Source: a virus
Length of the DNA stretch: 64,000 nt
Reading direction: 5' to 3' (one strand)
IMG/VR virus record: IMGVR_UViG_3300042922_000152
Coordinates: 3,831 to 67,830 of that record
A program made the position numbers and the translations under genes. Each line of letters starts with the position of its first letter. Positions within the stretch are counted from its first letter, which is position 1. The notes under the pieces were generated by a model, which ran no database searches, was not told the DNA's origin, and saw only the letters and a program-made list of their open reading frames with translations. Positions 30,569 through 40,020 of the stretch are shown in pieces.

Positions 30569-30811
30569 ATGAAACAACCTCGCGCTGTAACGATTCACGG
30601 TCAGAACGTCGATCTGTACGCCTCGGGTTACGGCAGTATTACCATTGACAGGCAAAACCTTGTAGATATTATTTACGGCGCATTTGGCGCCAAAGATGGT
30701 GTGGCTGTTTCCGGCAGATTTAACATTCAGGTTGTCATCACTGAAGTTGAGTCTTCCTTGTCTGTAGTTGGCGTAGTTCCGAAGGAGGACGAAGAGAATG
30801 GCGCAAGTTAA
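30569..30811 (+). CDS. Hypothetical protein
   Basis: Abutting ORF in operon. Confidence 0.55.
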   Translation: MKQPRAVTIHGQNVDLYASGYGSITIDRQNLVDIIYGAFGAKDGVAVSGRFNIQVVITEVESSLSVVGVVPKEDEENGAS

Positions 30812-30995
30812 AACTTTTCGCGCAGAATTTGGCTCGTCCGTAGAAATTCGTAAGGTGTGGTACAAGTTCACAGCAGCTATCGAACTCGAACTCACGCCAG
30901 ACGATGATCCGCCCGAAGTTATTGAGAAGGCATGGAACACCGTCATAAACGAAGTCGAAATCCAGCTTGAGCATGTTGCAAGGCAGAATCAATAA
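30798..30995 (+). CDS. Hypothetical protein
   Basis: Overlapping ORF with SD. Confidence 0.55.
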   Translation: MAQVKTFRAEFGSSVEIRKVWYKFTAAIELELTPDDDPPEVIEKAWNTVINEVEIQLEHVARQNQ

Positions 30996-31091
30996 AAGCA
31001 GGAGGAAGGAGAAGGCTGCTTGTATACCTTCTCCTTTTCCATGACGTTCTGAGAGTCAGAAATAGGCTTCTAAGAGAGGAGAGCGCAAAGG

Positions 31092-32198
31092 ATGATATTC
31101 AGGCTTTTGAAGTCAGGCGCAACGCTCACAGTGTATAAAGAGCTTGCGAGAGCTATCGGGTTAGAGGCTTCGCTGATGTACTCCGAACTGCTGAAAAGGT
31201 GGGAGCGCTTTGCAGAGCTTGACCAGCTAACTGAAGATGGTTATTTCTATAATACCATTGAGGACATGCAGCGCGAAACGTTCCTTTCAGCACATCAGCA
31301 GCGCGCAGCCATTAAGCTTTTGACAGAACTTAATCTTATCCAAACTACTGTTAAAGGCCTTCCTGCCAAAAGATTTTTCCTCGTAAATCCTGACAGCAGC
31401 GTCATTGAGTCCATACTGAAAAAAGAGTGTGAAGAACAGCCTGCGCAGCAAGTTCAGGAGTCGCAAAAACAAGTTGTTAAAAATTTAATAACTGATAGTG
31501 ACGCGGGTTCGCAGCCTCCTGAAGGTGCAAACCTTACATACTCGCGTCAGTTGTTAAAAATTCAACAACAAGAAGTTAAAATTTTAACTCAATATAAACA
31601 TAAAAACAAAGATCAAGAACCAAAAGAACAAAACCTAAAAGAAAGTTCAAAAGATACTTCTCCTTCGGAGAAGGCGCAAGCGCCAAGCATTCAAAAGCAA
31701 AAGCCTCTCTTCGCTTTACCTGAAGTACCTCTGTCAGTACCTCACTCTGGCAAAAACCTCACACAAGCGCAGCAGTCTGAAAACAAGATTTTTCAGGCAA
31801 GGCACACAGGCGACTGGGATAAAGTAACTAACCAAGACTTTGCGCATTACTACGTTCAGGCTCATAACAAGATCATGAGCAAGCCTGTGACCTTCGACAG
31901 ATATACCTCGACAACGATCATCAGGGACAACCTGATAGGCGCTTTTGACATCGACAAGTCAAAAGTCTGTGAGTACATTGACCAACTGCTGCTGACATAT
32001 AGCAAGTCGCCTGACAAATATGATTGGCTCAGCTTCAACATGATTCAGAAAGCAAGTCCCCTCATGAAAGACCTCATGAGACAAGTTTGCAGCTTGTTAG
32101 AGCCTGTGGAGCGAACGATTGCTTATAACGACTTCACAGATGTTGCCGACGAAGTAGAGAAGCTAAAGAAGCTGTCTACAGACGAACTCATTTTCTAA
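31092..32198 (+). CDS. Replication initiator (N-terminal wHTH)
   Basis: YKELARAIGL, DGYFYNTIED..ETFLS..QQR..IK.L; internal AT-rich repeats; upstream of loader and helicase. Confidence 0.8.
   Translation: MIFRLLKSGATLTVYKELARAIGLEASLMYSELLKRWERFAELDQLTEDGYFYNTIEDMQRETFLSAHQQRAAIKLLTELNLIQTTVKGLPAKRFFLVNPDSSVIESILKKECEEQPAQQVQESQKQVVKNLITDSDAGSQPPEGANLTYSRQLLKIQQQEVKILTQYKHKNKDQEPKEQNLKESSKDTSPSEKAQAPSIQKQKPLFALPEVPLSVPHSGKNLTQAQQSENKIFQARHTGDWDKVTNQDFAHYYVQAHNKIMSKPVTFDRYTSTTIIRDNLIGAFDIDKSKVCEYIDQLLLTYSKSPDKYDWLSFNMIQKASPLMKDLMRQVCSLLEPVERTIAYNDFTDVADEVEKLKKLSTDELIF
31472..31589. repeat. Iteron-like repeats, probable replication origin
   Basis: AGTTGTTAAAAATT twice plus AGTTAAAATTTTAACT inside initiator gene. 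Confidence 0.6.
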
Positions 32199-32204
32199 TT
32201 CGCC

Positions 32205-32236
32205 ACTTAAAAATCGTTCTGCTTTTGCTATATAAC
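32205..32236 (+). promoter_or_regulatory. TTAAAA-N16-TATATAAC promoter (no hairpin)
   Basis: Same boxes and spacing as the cassette family. Confidence 0.7.
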
Positions 32237-32255
32237 TGACAAAGGTGGTGAAAGC

Positions 32256-32987
32256 GTGAATAGATGTCATGCCGAAGGATACTGCAAGAAGTTCAATCCC
32301 CAAAAGAGTAATTGCCACGAATACTGCATCGGATACATTCAGCTTCAAAACATCTACGCAATGTCCAACATGCCTAAGCGCTATCAATTTGACAAGGCTT
32401 TGCACTTCAAGGGGCCTACTGATGCGATAGCAAAGCAGAACTATCAAGACCTTGAAGCATACGCAAAACTGAAAGCTTGGGAAGAGAACGTGCTTGAAAA
32501 CGTGCAAGAGGGCAAAGGCTTGTTCCTCGTCAGCAAAACGACAGGCAATGCCAAGACAACCTGGGCCTGCAAAATCATGAACAAGTATTTCCGACATGTT
32601 GCGCTGACCAATAATTTGCGCTGTCGAGGCCTGTTCGTGAATGTACCTGAGTTCTTCAGAGACTTGAAGGACTCCTTCGATAACCCGTCGGCCGATTTTC
32701 GAGAGTTCATGAGTAACATCAAAACTGCTGACATTGTAATTTGGGATGACATAGGAACTGAGTCACCTACCCGCTTTGTACGCGACACGCTCTATGTGTT
32801 CCTGAATCATAGAGAGGCGAACGGCCTCTCAAACATATATACTTCCAATGTGCTGCCTGACATCATGCAAGAGGAGTCCTATCTGGGTCCCCGCATCGTG
32901 AGCAGGCTGCAAGAGCAATGTAAAGTCATAGAGTTCTTCGGCACAGATAGGAGGGTAACTCTTGGTAGAACTTCAGATACTCAATAG
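32256..32987 (+). CDS. DnaC/IstB-like helicase loader ATPase
   Basis: N-terminal Cys cluster, variant Walker A TGNAKT, IWDDIG, YTSN, RIVSR, GTDRR. Confidence 0.85.
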   Translation: MNRCHAEGYCKKFNPQKSNCHEYCIGYIQLQNIYAMSNMPKRYQFDKALHFKGPTDAIAKQNYQDLEAYAKLKAWEENVLENVQEGKGLFLVSKTTGNAKTTWACKIMNKYFRHVALTNNLRCRGLFVNVPEFFRDLKDSFDNPSADFREFMSNIKTADIVIWDDIGTESPTRFVRDTLYVFLNHREANGLSNIYTSNVLPDIMQEESYLGPRIVSRLQEQCKVIEFFGTDRRVTLGRTSDTQ

Positions 32988-34290
32988 GGTGCTGCATGAA
33001 AAGTCTTTGCGCATCATTCGTCATAATGGTTTAACAGAGGGACATTTTGTTGTGTACAAGAAGGAATATCAATTCATCATGGCACATTATGAGAAGTATG
33101 ACATGGTTCCTGACCTTGTAACCTTCCTTGAGCATTTCAGGGACTTTGACGTGTTCCTTGTAACAGAGTCGGACAAATATCTCATAGATACGATTCAAGA
33201 AGAGTTCTCGTATAAGTACATGGTTCCCTTTATTCATGACGCTGCGGCTCTTCTGAAAGTCGATGCTCGTCAGGCTGTTGACTTTATCGTCACAAACATG
33301 GACAAGCTGCAAAAGCTCACAGCGCAATACAGGGCAGGTGTAGACATCGTTCAGGATTCTGACGCGCGGCGTGAGGAGTTTCGTGATAGGAACAGCATGA
33401 AAGGCCTGCTTGGAATACACACAGGCATTAAAGAGCTTGACGAGATAACGCATGGTTGGCTGAAAGAGGATTTTATTGTAATCCTTGGACGAACGAACGA
33501 AGGAAAATCGTGGGTGCTGCTATTCTTCCTCGTCGCTGCATGGGCAGCAGGAAAAAACGTGCTGCTGTATTCAGGCGAAATGGGTCATACTGTCGTAGGC
33601 TTTCGTTTCGACACTGTACACGCACATTTCAGCAATCGTGCGCTTATGGGTGGCAAGGACGAACTGCAAGGCGAAGCTGCTGAGGAAAAGAAAACACCCG
33701 ACGATTACTATACCTACCTGACAAACCTTTCTAAGACTGAGACAAAGTTCGTTGTCGTGACCCCCAAAGACCTTAACGGTAAGCGCCTTACTGTGCCTAT
33801 GCTGCAAGCACTCATTGAGCAGGTAGGCGCTGACATCGTAGGCATTGACCAAATCTCTTTGATGGAAGATGCTCGCAAAGAGAAAGGACAGCAGGGACGC
33901 ATGGATTACACACACATATCAGAGGATTTATACATAACCTCTGAAAAGTATGGCATACCTATTCTTGCACCTGCGCAGGCAAACAGAAACGGTTCCAAGA
34001 AAAAGAAGAAGGATGATGAAAGCGGCAGCGAGGAGCAAACACCCGAGCTTGAAGATACCGCGGAATCTGATGGCATTCCTCAAAATGCAACGCGCGTTCT
34101 CGCTATCAGGCAGCTTGGCGCTACTATGAAAATCACATTGCGCAAGAATCGCTATGGCGAGCGCAACAAGGACATGCTGCTCATATGGGATATAGACAAG
34201 GGTATTGTGAAACCGTTCTTGCTCGCTTCGACAGATGACAAAGGCGTGGCAGTAGCGACAACAAGCCTTTCAGGAGAGGAGCTTTTCTAA
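32962..34290 (+). CDS. dnaB: Replicative DNA helicase, DnaB-like
   Basis: TGIKELD, GRTNEGKS, YSGEM, GIDQ, AQANR, ESDGI, KNRYG. Confidence 0.9.
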   Translation: MVELQILNRVLHEKSLRIIRHNGLTEGHFVVYKKEYQFIMAHYEKYDMVPDLVTFLEHFRDFDVFLVTESDKYLIDTIQEEFSYKYMVPFIHDAAALLKVDARQAVDFIVTNMDKLQKLTAQYRAGVDIVQDSDARREEFRDRNSMKGLLGIHTGIKELDEITHGWLKEDFIVILGRTNEGKSWVLLFFLVAAWAAGKNVLLYSGEMGHTVVGFRFDTVHAHFSNRALMGGKDELQGEAAEEKKTPDDYYTYLTNLSKTETKFVVVTPKDLNGKRLTVPMLQALIEQVGADIVGIDQISLMEDARKEKGQQGRMDYTHISEDLYITSEKYGIPILAPAQANRNGSKKKKKDDESGSEEQTPELEDTAESDGIPQNATRVLAIRQLGATMKITLRKNRYGERNKDMLLIWDIDKGIVKPFLLASTDDKGVAVATTSLSGEELF

Positions 34291-35309
34291 TGCTGATGAT
34301 ATGGGAAACGCCTGTACTATCAACCGTGCCTGACATAATCGACGCTGTTCACGCAGAGCTTGCAGCACAAGGCGTTCACCTTCTGAAGAAGCGCAAAATC
34401 TCGGCAGGTAACTATATGGTTACCTGTCCTTTTCATGAGGGTAGCAATAAGATTATGGGTGATGAAAAGCATCCCTCTATGGGATTCCTTCTGAAGGATA
34501 TGGAACGCAAAACAGGCATTAAGCCTGCGGGTACTTGTAACTGCTTTAGATGTGGCTATGTCTCTGACATTTGTGAATTTGTGTCGAAGATATTTGGCAA
34601 GGAAGACGCAGGCATGTTTGGCTACAAGTGGATTACAGAGCGCTTCGTGAACCTGTCGATTGAGAAGCGCGAGGATATTGTACTTGACCTTGCACGAGGC
34701 AAAGAGGTTGTGGCTAATGCAAACTACATACCGGAATCTGTCCTCGAGCAGTACAGAACATATCATCCATACATGTATGAGCGTAAACTGACTGACAAGG
34801 TTATTGACTATTTTGACGTAGGGTATGACAAGAAGCATCATGCGTTGACGTTTCCTGTTCATGACCTTACTGGCAAAGTACCACTAATTCAAAGACGGTC
34901 TATCGGACGCAAACAGTTTATAAATGACGAAGGCGCTGACAGAGGCGAGTTCTTATATGGCCTCTATCAGGTCTACGTCAATAAGTTGTGGATTAAAGAA
35001 GTCATCATTTGCGAGTCACCTATTGACGCGCTGACATGCTGGAAGTATAGAAAGCCTGCTGTAGCGCTCATGGGTTCCGATGTTACCCCCACGCAGGTTG
35101 AGCTTCTGCGAAACATGCCTGCGAGGACTTTAATACTTGGCTTAGACAATCCTCTCATAGACAAAGCTGGTGCAAAGGGAATAAAAAAGCTGACTGAGCA
35201 GCTTCGTGAATACAAGCTACTCTATCAGCTTAGATATCCTCCTGGCGTGAAGGATATAAACGAGTTAACCGACGAGGAATTTGTTGAAATGAGGACAACT
35301 TTGCTGTGA
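34290..35309 (+). CDS. dnaG: DNA primase (CHC2 zinc finger + TOPRIM)
   Basis: CPFH...CFRC; ICESPIDAL; LGLDN..DKAG; KDINE. Confidence 0.9.
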   Translation: MLMIWETPVLSTVPDIIDAVHAELAAQGVHLLKKRKISAGNYMVTCPFHEGSNKIMGDEKHPSMGFLLKDMERKTGIKPAGTCNCFRCGYVSDICEFVSKIFGKEDAGMFGYKWITERFVNLSIEKREDIVLDLARGKEVVANANYIPESVLEQYRTYHPYMYERKLTDKVIDYFDVGYDKKHHALTFPVHDLTGKVPLIQRRSIGRKQFINDEGADRGEFLYGLYQVYVNKLWIKEVIICESPIDALTCWKYRKPAVALMGSDVTPTQVELLRNMPARTLILGLDNPLIDKAGAKGIKKLTEQLREYKLLYQLRYPPGVKDINELTDEEFVEMRTTLL

Positions 35310-35332
35310 CGTAGAAGTCACAAAAATGCCTA

Positions 35333-35361
35333 TTGCACGTTACATAGTAACGTGCTAATAT
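35333..35361 (+). promoter_or_regulatory. sigmaA-type promoter with palindromic operator in spacer
   Basis: TTGCAC-N17-TAATAT with TG; GCACGTTAC-ATA-GTAACGTGC. Confidence 0.6.
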
Positions 35362-35462
35362 GTTTGTACAAGCCATGATTGTCCTGAACTTATTATTTTA
35401 AACACATCTAACTTTGTCTAAACATGGCTCTTTGAAAAATTTTTCGAGGAGGACGAAAACAC

Positions 35463-36053
35463 ATGAACCATCTTTCAAATTTCTTGGAGCTTTCTGCGCT
35501 TTATCAGGGTCCCACAGACGAGACAAGCATGATTATTGAATATCAGGAAACAGAGGACCCAACTATACTTAGTATCTTCTATGTACGCCTTCACTCAGTA
35601 GCCTTTAAGCTCGCCAATCAGTTTTTCTATATTACTGAGGAAGACAAGCAGTCTTTTATTGTTGAGGAACTACATAAGACACTCCAAGCATTTGATACCT
35701 CTATGAACTGTAAACTTTCTACCGCGTTCTATTCCTTCCTGAAAAATCGCCTGCGCTCTGAAACAAAGCTGCTCGCCTACCAAAAACGCCGCGTTAATAA
35801 CGTTGCTTGTGAAATCCCTGAAGGCCTTTCGACTGATCAAGACTTTTCGAGAGTCGAGGTCATGCAGTCTATTGCCCAAGCTAACATACTGACAACCAAC
35901 GAACTTCGTTATTGCAGTATCATTCTCAGCGACAACTATGCCGTTATTGACTCTGACGTTGCAGCTATTCTTAATATCTCTCCCTCTGCTATTCATCAAC
36001 TGAAAAAGTCTATTTGCAGAAAGTTTATGAACGCTCGTCTTTTTGTATGCTAA
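35463..36053 (+). CDS. Divergent sigma-70-like factor
   Basis: EEDKQS..EELHKTLQAFD...KLST...LKNRLR region 2-like; C-terminal HTH VAAILNISPSAIHQ. Confidence 0.65.
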   Translation: MNHLSNFLELSALYQGPTDETSMIIEYQETEDPTILSIFYVRLHSVAFKLANQFFYITEEDKQSFIVEELHKTLQAFDTSMNCKLSTAFYSFLKNRLRSETKLLAYQKRRVNNVACEIPEGLSTDQDFSRVEVMQSIAQANILTTNELRYCSIILSDNYAVIDSDVAAILNISPSAIHQLKKSICRKFMNARLFVC

Positions 36054-36068
36054 CTTTTGTACAAGCTC

Positions 36069-36100
36069 ACTTAAAAATTTTCGGGGTTTTACTATATAAC
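36069..36100 (+). promoter_or_regulatory. TTAAAA-N16-TATATAAC promoter (no hairpin)
   Basis: Same boxes and spacing as the cassette family. Confidence 0.7.
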
Positions 36101-36143
36101 GCTATGACAACAAGAAACACAACAGCCAGAGGAGGGACTTATA

Positions 36144-36320
36144 ATGATGACACTTATTCGGAAGCTCAAAAAGGCCGCAAAGGTTTTCAAGTCGGACTGC
36201 GTTGTGCTTGTTGTGCAGGATGATACTTTGATTGTTGACGCTGGAAACAAGAGTGCTGAAGAGGTTAAAAGCCTCGCCAGTACCTTTTTCAAAACAGCCT
36301 ATAGGCTGAAAAATTCATAA
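36144..36320 (+). CDS. Small hypothetical protein (58 aa)
   Basis: SD GGAGG; reads MMTLIRKLKKAAKVF...; below ORF-track cutoff. Confidence 0.55.
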   Translation: MMTLIRKLKKAAKVFKSDCVVLVVQDDTLIVDAGNKSAEEVKSLASTFFKTAYRLKNS

Positions 36321-36360
36321 ACGTTCACACGTACAAACGAGAAAACGAGGAGGAACTAAC

Positions 36361-37173
36361 ATGACAGGTAGAAGACTTGAAGACGCTATGGATGATTATC
36401 GCTCGGAATCATTCGAGTGGTGGGCAGCACCGAAGGAAGACAAGGAAATTAAAGTCGCTCGTATTTTGCTTGGCAAAGAACTTGTCCATAATGTTGACTG
36501 GTTCATTGTTCACGAAGCGCAAATTAACGGCCGGAAGCGGTATATCGTATGCCCGGAAGATAGTTCCTGCCCTTGGTGCAGAAGCGGTGGCAAACCGTTT
36601 ATCAAGCTGTTCCTTGCAATGCAAGACCCCGACACTGAAGAAGTTGGCATTTGGGAGCGCGGTCAAAAATTCATCCCACAACTTCAGTCACTTCTTAAAA
36701 GCAAGAAGGAGCTTTGTGAAAGACTGTATGAGGTAGAGCGTCACGGTCAGCCCGGCGACAAACGCACCACCTACAAGCTGCTTCCTTTGCGCGTTGACAA
36801 CGTTCGTTATTCTGAAGTCGAGCCGCTGCGTCCTGAAGTTGTTAGCGACTCGCATAAGACTTGGGTAATGAACGTAGAGGCAGAAGTCATGGAAGCAATC
36901 CACGATGGTTCATATGCTGATCAATATATGACCGAAGAGGAGCGCAACGCGGGTCGGCAAGACAATGACGAACGCGGCTATGAGCGTAGCTATGAGCGCG
37001 AAGGACGCAGAAGCTATGGCGACAGCGAGGAACGCAGCTATGACAGAGGTAGCAGAGGAAGAGGCGCAGGTTATGGTGGTCCTTCTCGTGATTCCCGCAA
37101 TGACAATTCTCTGTCTGACTCTGCGCCTCCTGAGCGTTCAGGAAGGCAGCGCGGTGGCGACGAAATTTTCTAA
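36361..37173 (+). CDS. Single-stranded DNA-binding protein (gp32-like)
   Basis: VHE, CPEDSSCPWC, IWERG, RHG..DKRTTY; disordered tail ending DEIF; upstream of polymerase. Confidence 0.7.
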   Translation: MTGRRLEDAMDDYRSESFEWWAAPKEDKEIKVARILLGKELVHNVDWFIVHEAQINGRKRYIVCPEDSSCPWCRSGGKPFIKLFLAMQDPDTEEVGIWERGQKFIPQLQSLLKSKKELCERLYEVERHGQPGDKRTTYKLLPLRVDNVRYSEVEPLRPEVVSDSHKTWVMNVEAEVMEAIHDGSYADQYMTEEERNAGRQDNDERGYERSYEREGRRSYGDSEERSYDRGSRGRGAGYGGPSRDSRNDNSLSDSAPPERSGRQRGGDEIF

Positions 37174-37183
37174 GGCAATATTC

Positions 37184-37224
37184 AAAGACGCTGCTTAAAT
37201 GCAGCGTCTTTTTTACTATATAAC
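37184..37224 (+). promoter_or_regulatory. Terminator-promoter cassette
   Basis: AAAGACGCTGC/GCAGCGTCTTT hairpin, TTAAAT loop, N16, TATATAAC. Confidence 0.75.
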
Positions 37225-37248
37225 GAAGTAACGAAAGGAGAGTGTATA

Positions 37249-39630
37249 ATGGCTAAGAAGCAACAAAGTATATTTGGTGCAATGCAGCGCGACGACAAGA
37301 CCAAGGAACTCAACAAGGCTATACTCGAACGCGCGCAGCAATCGCAGAAGCAGGCACGAACAATGTCAGCGCGCGTTACTGTAGACCCCAAGGAAGGCAA
37401 GCGCGCTGCGCTCATTGCTAAGGTGCAGGCTGCTGTGGAAGTAGCGAAGCAGAAGCTTATACCTGATGACACCTATGAAATCATTAGAGACGAAGCGCGA
37501 CTTGTAGAATACGTGGATACTTTGATAGGTATCGTCACTGTCAATCCTGATGAAATTATTGGCATTGACTTCGAGGCGACGAGCCTTGATCCGATAACAG
37601 GAACGCTCGTAGGCACAGCACTTTACATTCAGGGCACGAAGGAAGTCTATATACCACATACTCACACAGACTACTTTGACAAGCTGTTGCCAAATCAGAT
37701 TTCCTTTGAAGTCATGGCGCGTGAGCTTATGCGTCTTATCGCTGCAAATGCCAAGTTCGTCTATCATAATGCTAAGTTTGATATGCGATATGCTAAGAAC
37801 GCTATGGGCGTTCTTATACCTGTGCATTGGGATACTTCGCTTGGCTCAAACTTCCTGAATGAGTATGAGCCTCACGGCCTCAAGCCTTTGTGGGACAAAT
37901 ATGTAAGCAAGGACAGCGAAAAGAAATCCGAGCAGTTTTCTGACCTGTTTGACGGCATACCTTTTAACTATGTTCCTATCGAACTTGGCGCAATCTATGC
38001 AGCGAAAGACCCGCGCAAGACTGTTGAACTATGTTACTTCCAAAAGCAGTACCTAACTGAGACTGCGGAGAAGTGCATAAAGGCTGACCTTGTTGACACA
38101 GCGCGTCTACATTGTAACTGGGAAACGCCACTAATTCCTGTTCTCAGAGACATGGAAGAACGAGGCGTTGGACTTGACAAAGACATGTCAAAAGAACTGT
38201 CCGTCAAGTATAATAGATTGAAGGTAGAGGCTGAAGCAAAATGTCAAGCGTACCTGAAGAAGCTTGATTATCGTAAGCTGAACGCAGAGCAGCGCGGCAA
38301 GCTCGGCAATCCTATAAATTTGAACAGTCCCATTCAGCTTCAGATTGTACTATATGACGTTATGGAGCTACCTTCTGTAGAAAGGAAGTCTCCAAGAGGT
38401 ACGGGTGAGAAGGTTCTTGAAAAGCTCAAGGAGCGCCTTCAGAATGAGAAGAATACAAAGGATGGCGATAAGAAAAAGCATGTTGAATTTTTTGACTTGC
38501 TTCTTGAATATCGCGGCATAGCGAAACTCGTTTCCACATACATTGACAACCTGCCTGACCTTGTTAAGGAGAAGACAGGCAAGATTCACACCCAATACAA
38601 TCAGTATGGCGCAAGAACAGGACGATTCTCTTCAGAAGCGCCCAACCTGCAAAATATACCGTCAAAGAATAAAGAGATTCGAAAGATGTTCATTCCTTCG
38701 ATTGGCTTTGTGTTCATCGGCGGCGACTTTTCACAGCAGGAGCCTCGCGCGCTTGCTCACCTGTGCTTTGTCCTCTTTCAGGACAGGAAAATGCTTGACG
38801 CATATCTTGCAGGCAAAGACTTGTATTCATGGATGGCTGCTGAAATTTACAAAGTTTCTTACGAGGAATGTAAAGAGTTCCGGCCTGATGGCAGCACCAA
38901 TGCTGAAGGCAAGAAGCGCAGAAACTCAGTTAAGAGCATTTTGCTTGGCCTGATGTACGGGCGCTCGACTGCATCCGTAGCAGAGCAAATGGAAGTAACT
39001 GAAGCTGAAGCGCAAAAAATTGTTGACATGCTGTTTAACGAGTTTCCCGGCATTCTTCGTGTCATTCATTACTATGAAGACATGGTTCGTGAGAAGGGTT
39101 ATGTTAAGACCATATACGGGCGCAAGTGTCGTATACCTGATTTCAATCTTCCTGATTATCAATGCGTGTATGACAGCGACAGGAAGACGCCAATACAAGA
39201 GCGTGAAATAAATGATTACTATGTACGCAAGATGCGCCTTGCTACGGGTTACAAGTCAAGGCGCGCAGTCATCGAAGAGGCTAATTCGAAAGGCATATGG
39301 ATTGAGGACAACACACTTCTAATCTCAGAAGCGCAACGTCAAATACTGAACAGCGTCATTCAGGGCACAGGCGCAGACATCACGAAAATTGCTATGGTGC
39401 TTGTAGGTACGGACGAGCAATTGAAGGAATGGGGTTTCCATTTGTTGCTAACTGTGCATGACGAACTTATTGGCGAAGCTCCTGAAGCGACTGCTCGTAA
39501 GTGCGCCGAGCGTATGCGTGAACTGATGCTGAAGGCTACTGAAGGCGTTCTTACAGTACCTATGTCTGTTGACTGTGAAATTACAAGGCGCTGGTTCGGT
39601 GAGGATATCACAAATGAATTAGCTGCATAA
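37249..39630 (+). CDS. polA: Family A DNA polymerase (3'-5' exonuclease + polymerase)
   Basis: DFEAT, HNAKFD, YAAKD, TGRFSS..PNLQNIP, DFSQQEPR, K..LLGLMYG, NSVIQGTGAD, VHDE. Confidence 0.95.
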   Translation: MAKKQQSIFGAMQRDDKTKELNKAILERAQQSQKQARTMSARVTVDPKEGKRAALIAKVQAAVEVAKQKLIPDDTYEIIRDEARLVEYVDTLIGIVTVNPDEIIGIDFEATSLDPITGTLVGTALYIQGTKEVYIPHTHTDYFDKLLPNQISFEVMARELMRLIAANAKFVYHNAKFDMRYAKNAMGVLIPVHWDTSLGSNFLNEYEPHGLKPLWDKYVSKDSEKKSEQFSDLFDGIPFNYVPIELGAIYAAKDPRKTVELCYFQKQYLTETAEKCIKADLVDTARLHCNWETPLIPVLRDMEERGVGLDKDMSKELSVKYNRLKVEAEAKCQAYLKKLDYRKLNAEQRGKLGNPINLNSPIQLQIVLYDVMELPSVERKSPRGTGEKVLEKLKERLQNEKNTKDGDKKKHVEFFDLLLEYRGIAKLVSTYIDNLPDLVKEKTGKIHTQYNQYGARTGRFSSEAPNLQNIPSKNKEIRKMFIPSIGFVFIGGDFSQQEPRALAHLCFVLFQDRKMLDAYLAGKDLYSWMAAEIYKVSYEECKEFRPDGSTNAEGKKRRNSVKSILLGLMYGRSTASVAEQMEVTEAEAQKIVDMLFNEFPGILRVIHYYEDMVREKGYVKTIYGRKCRIPDFNLPDYQCVYDSDRKTPIQEREINDYYVRKMRLATGYKSRRAVIEEANSKGIWIEDNTLLISEAQRQILNSVIQGTGADITKIAMVLVGTDEQLKEWGFHLLLTVHDELIGEAPEATARKCAERMRELMLKATEGVLTVPMSVDCEITRRWFGEDITNELAA

Positions 39631-39636
39631 TTTGGC

Positions 39637-39665
39637 TTGCCTCTGGACACGTTATATAGTATACT
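39637..39665 (+). promoter_or_regulatory. sigmaA-type promoter
   Basis: TTGCCT-N17-TATACT. Confidence 0.65.
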
Positions 39666-39693
39666 AAAAGAAAAACGTTTCGGAGGTTTGAAC

Positions 39694-39933
39694 ATGATCA
39701 CTACGAAAAAGCAAAAGGTCATTGACGCGCTGAAGGCTGGTAACGCTCTTGAGGCAACAAAGTTGGCGAAGGCCTTCAAGATTGAGCTTACAAAGGAGCA
39801 GCAAGCTATTGTGGCGCGCGCCTTCGAAATGTCTCACTCGCCCGCGTTCTACGAACAACTTGGCTTTAATGCTGCTGATCAACTTCAGAAAGCCGAAACA
39901 ATCCTGCGCGAGGTATACGCAGAACATTTGTAA
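39694..39933 (+). CDS. Small hypothetical protein in a single-gene cassette
   Basis: SD GGAGG; own promoter and terminator. Confidence 0.65.
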   Translation: MITTKKQKVIDALKAGNALEATKLAKAFKIELTKEQQAIVARAFEMSHSPAFYEQLGFNAADQLQKAETILREVYAEHL

Positions 39934-39946
39934 TAATTTCACACAT

Positions 39947-39988
39947 AAAAGACTCCACTTAAAAAGTGGGGTCTTTTTGTTATATAAC
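39947..39988 (+). promoter_or_regulatory. Terminator-promoter cassette
   Basis: AAAAGACTCCACT/AGTGGGGTCTTTT hairpin, TTAAAA, N16, TATATAAC. Confidence 0.75.
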
Positions 39989-40020
39989 GATTGAAAAACT
40001 AAAAGAGGAGTGACTGGACA

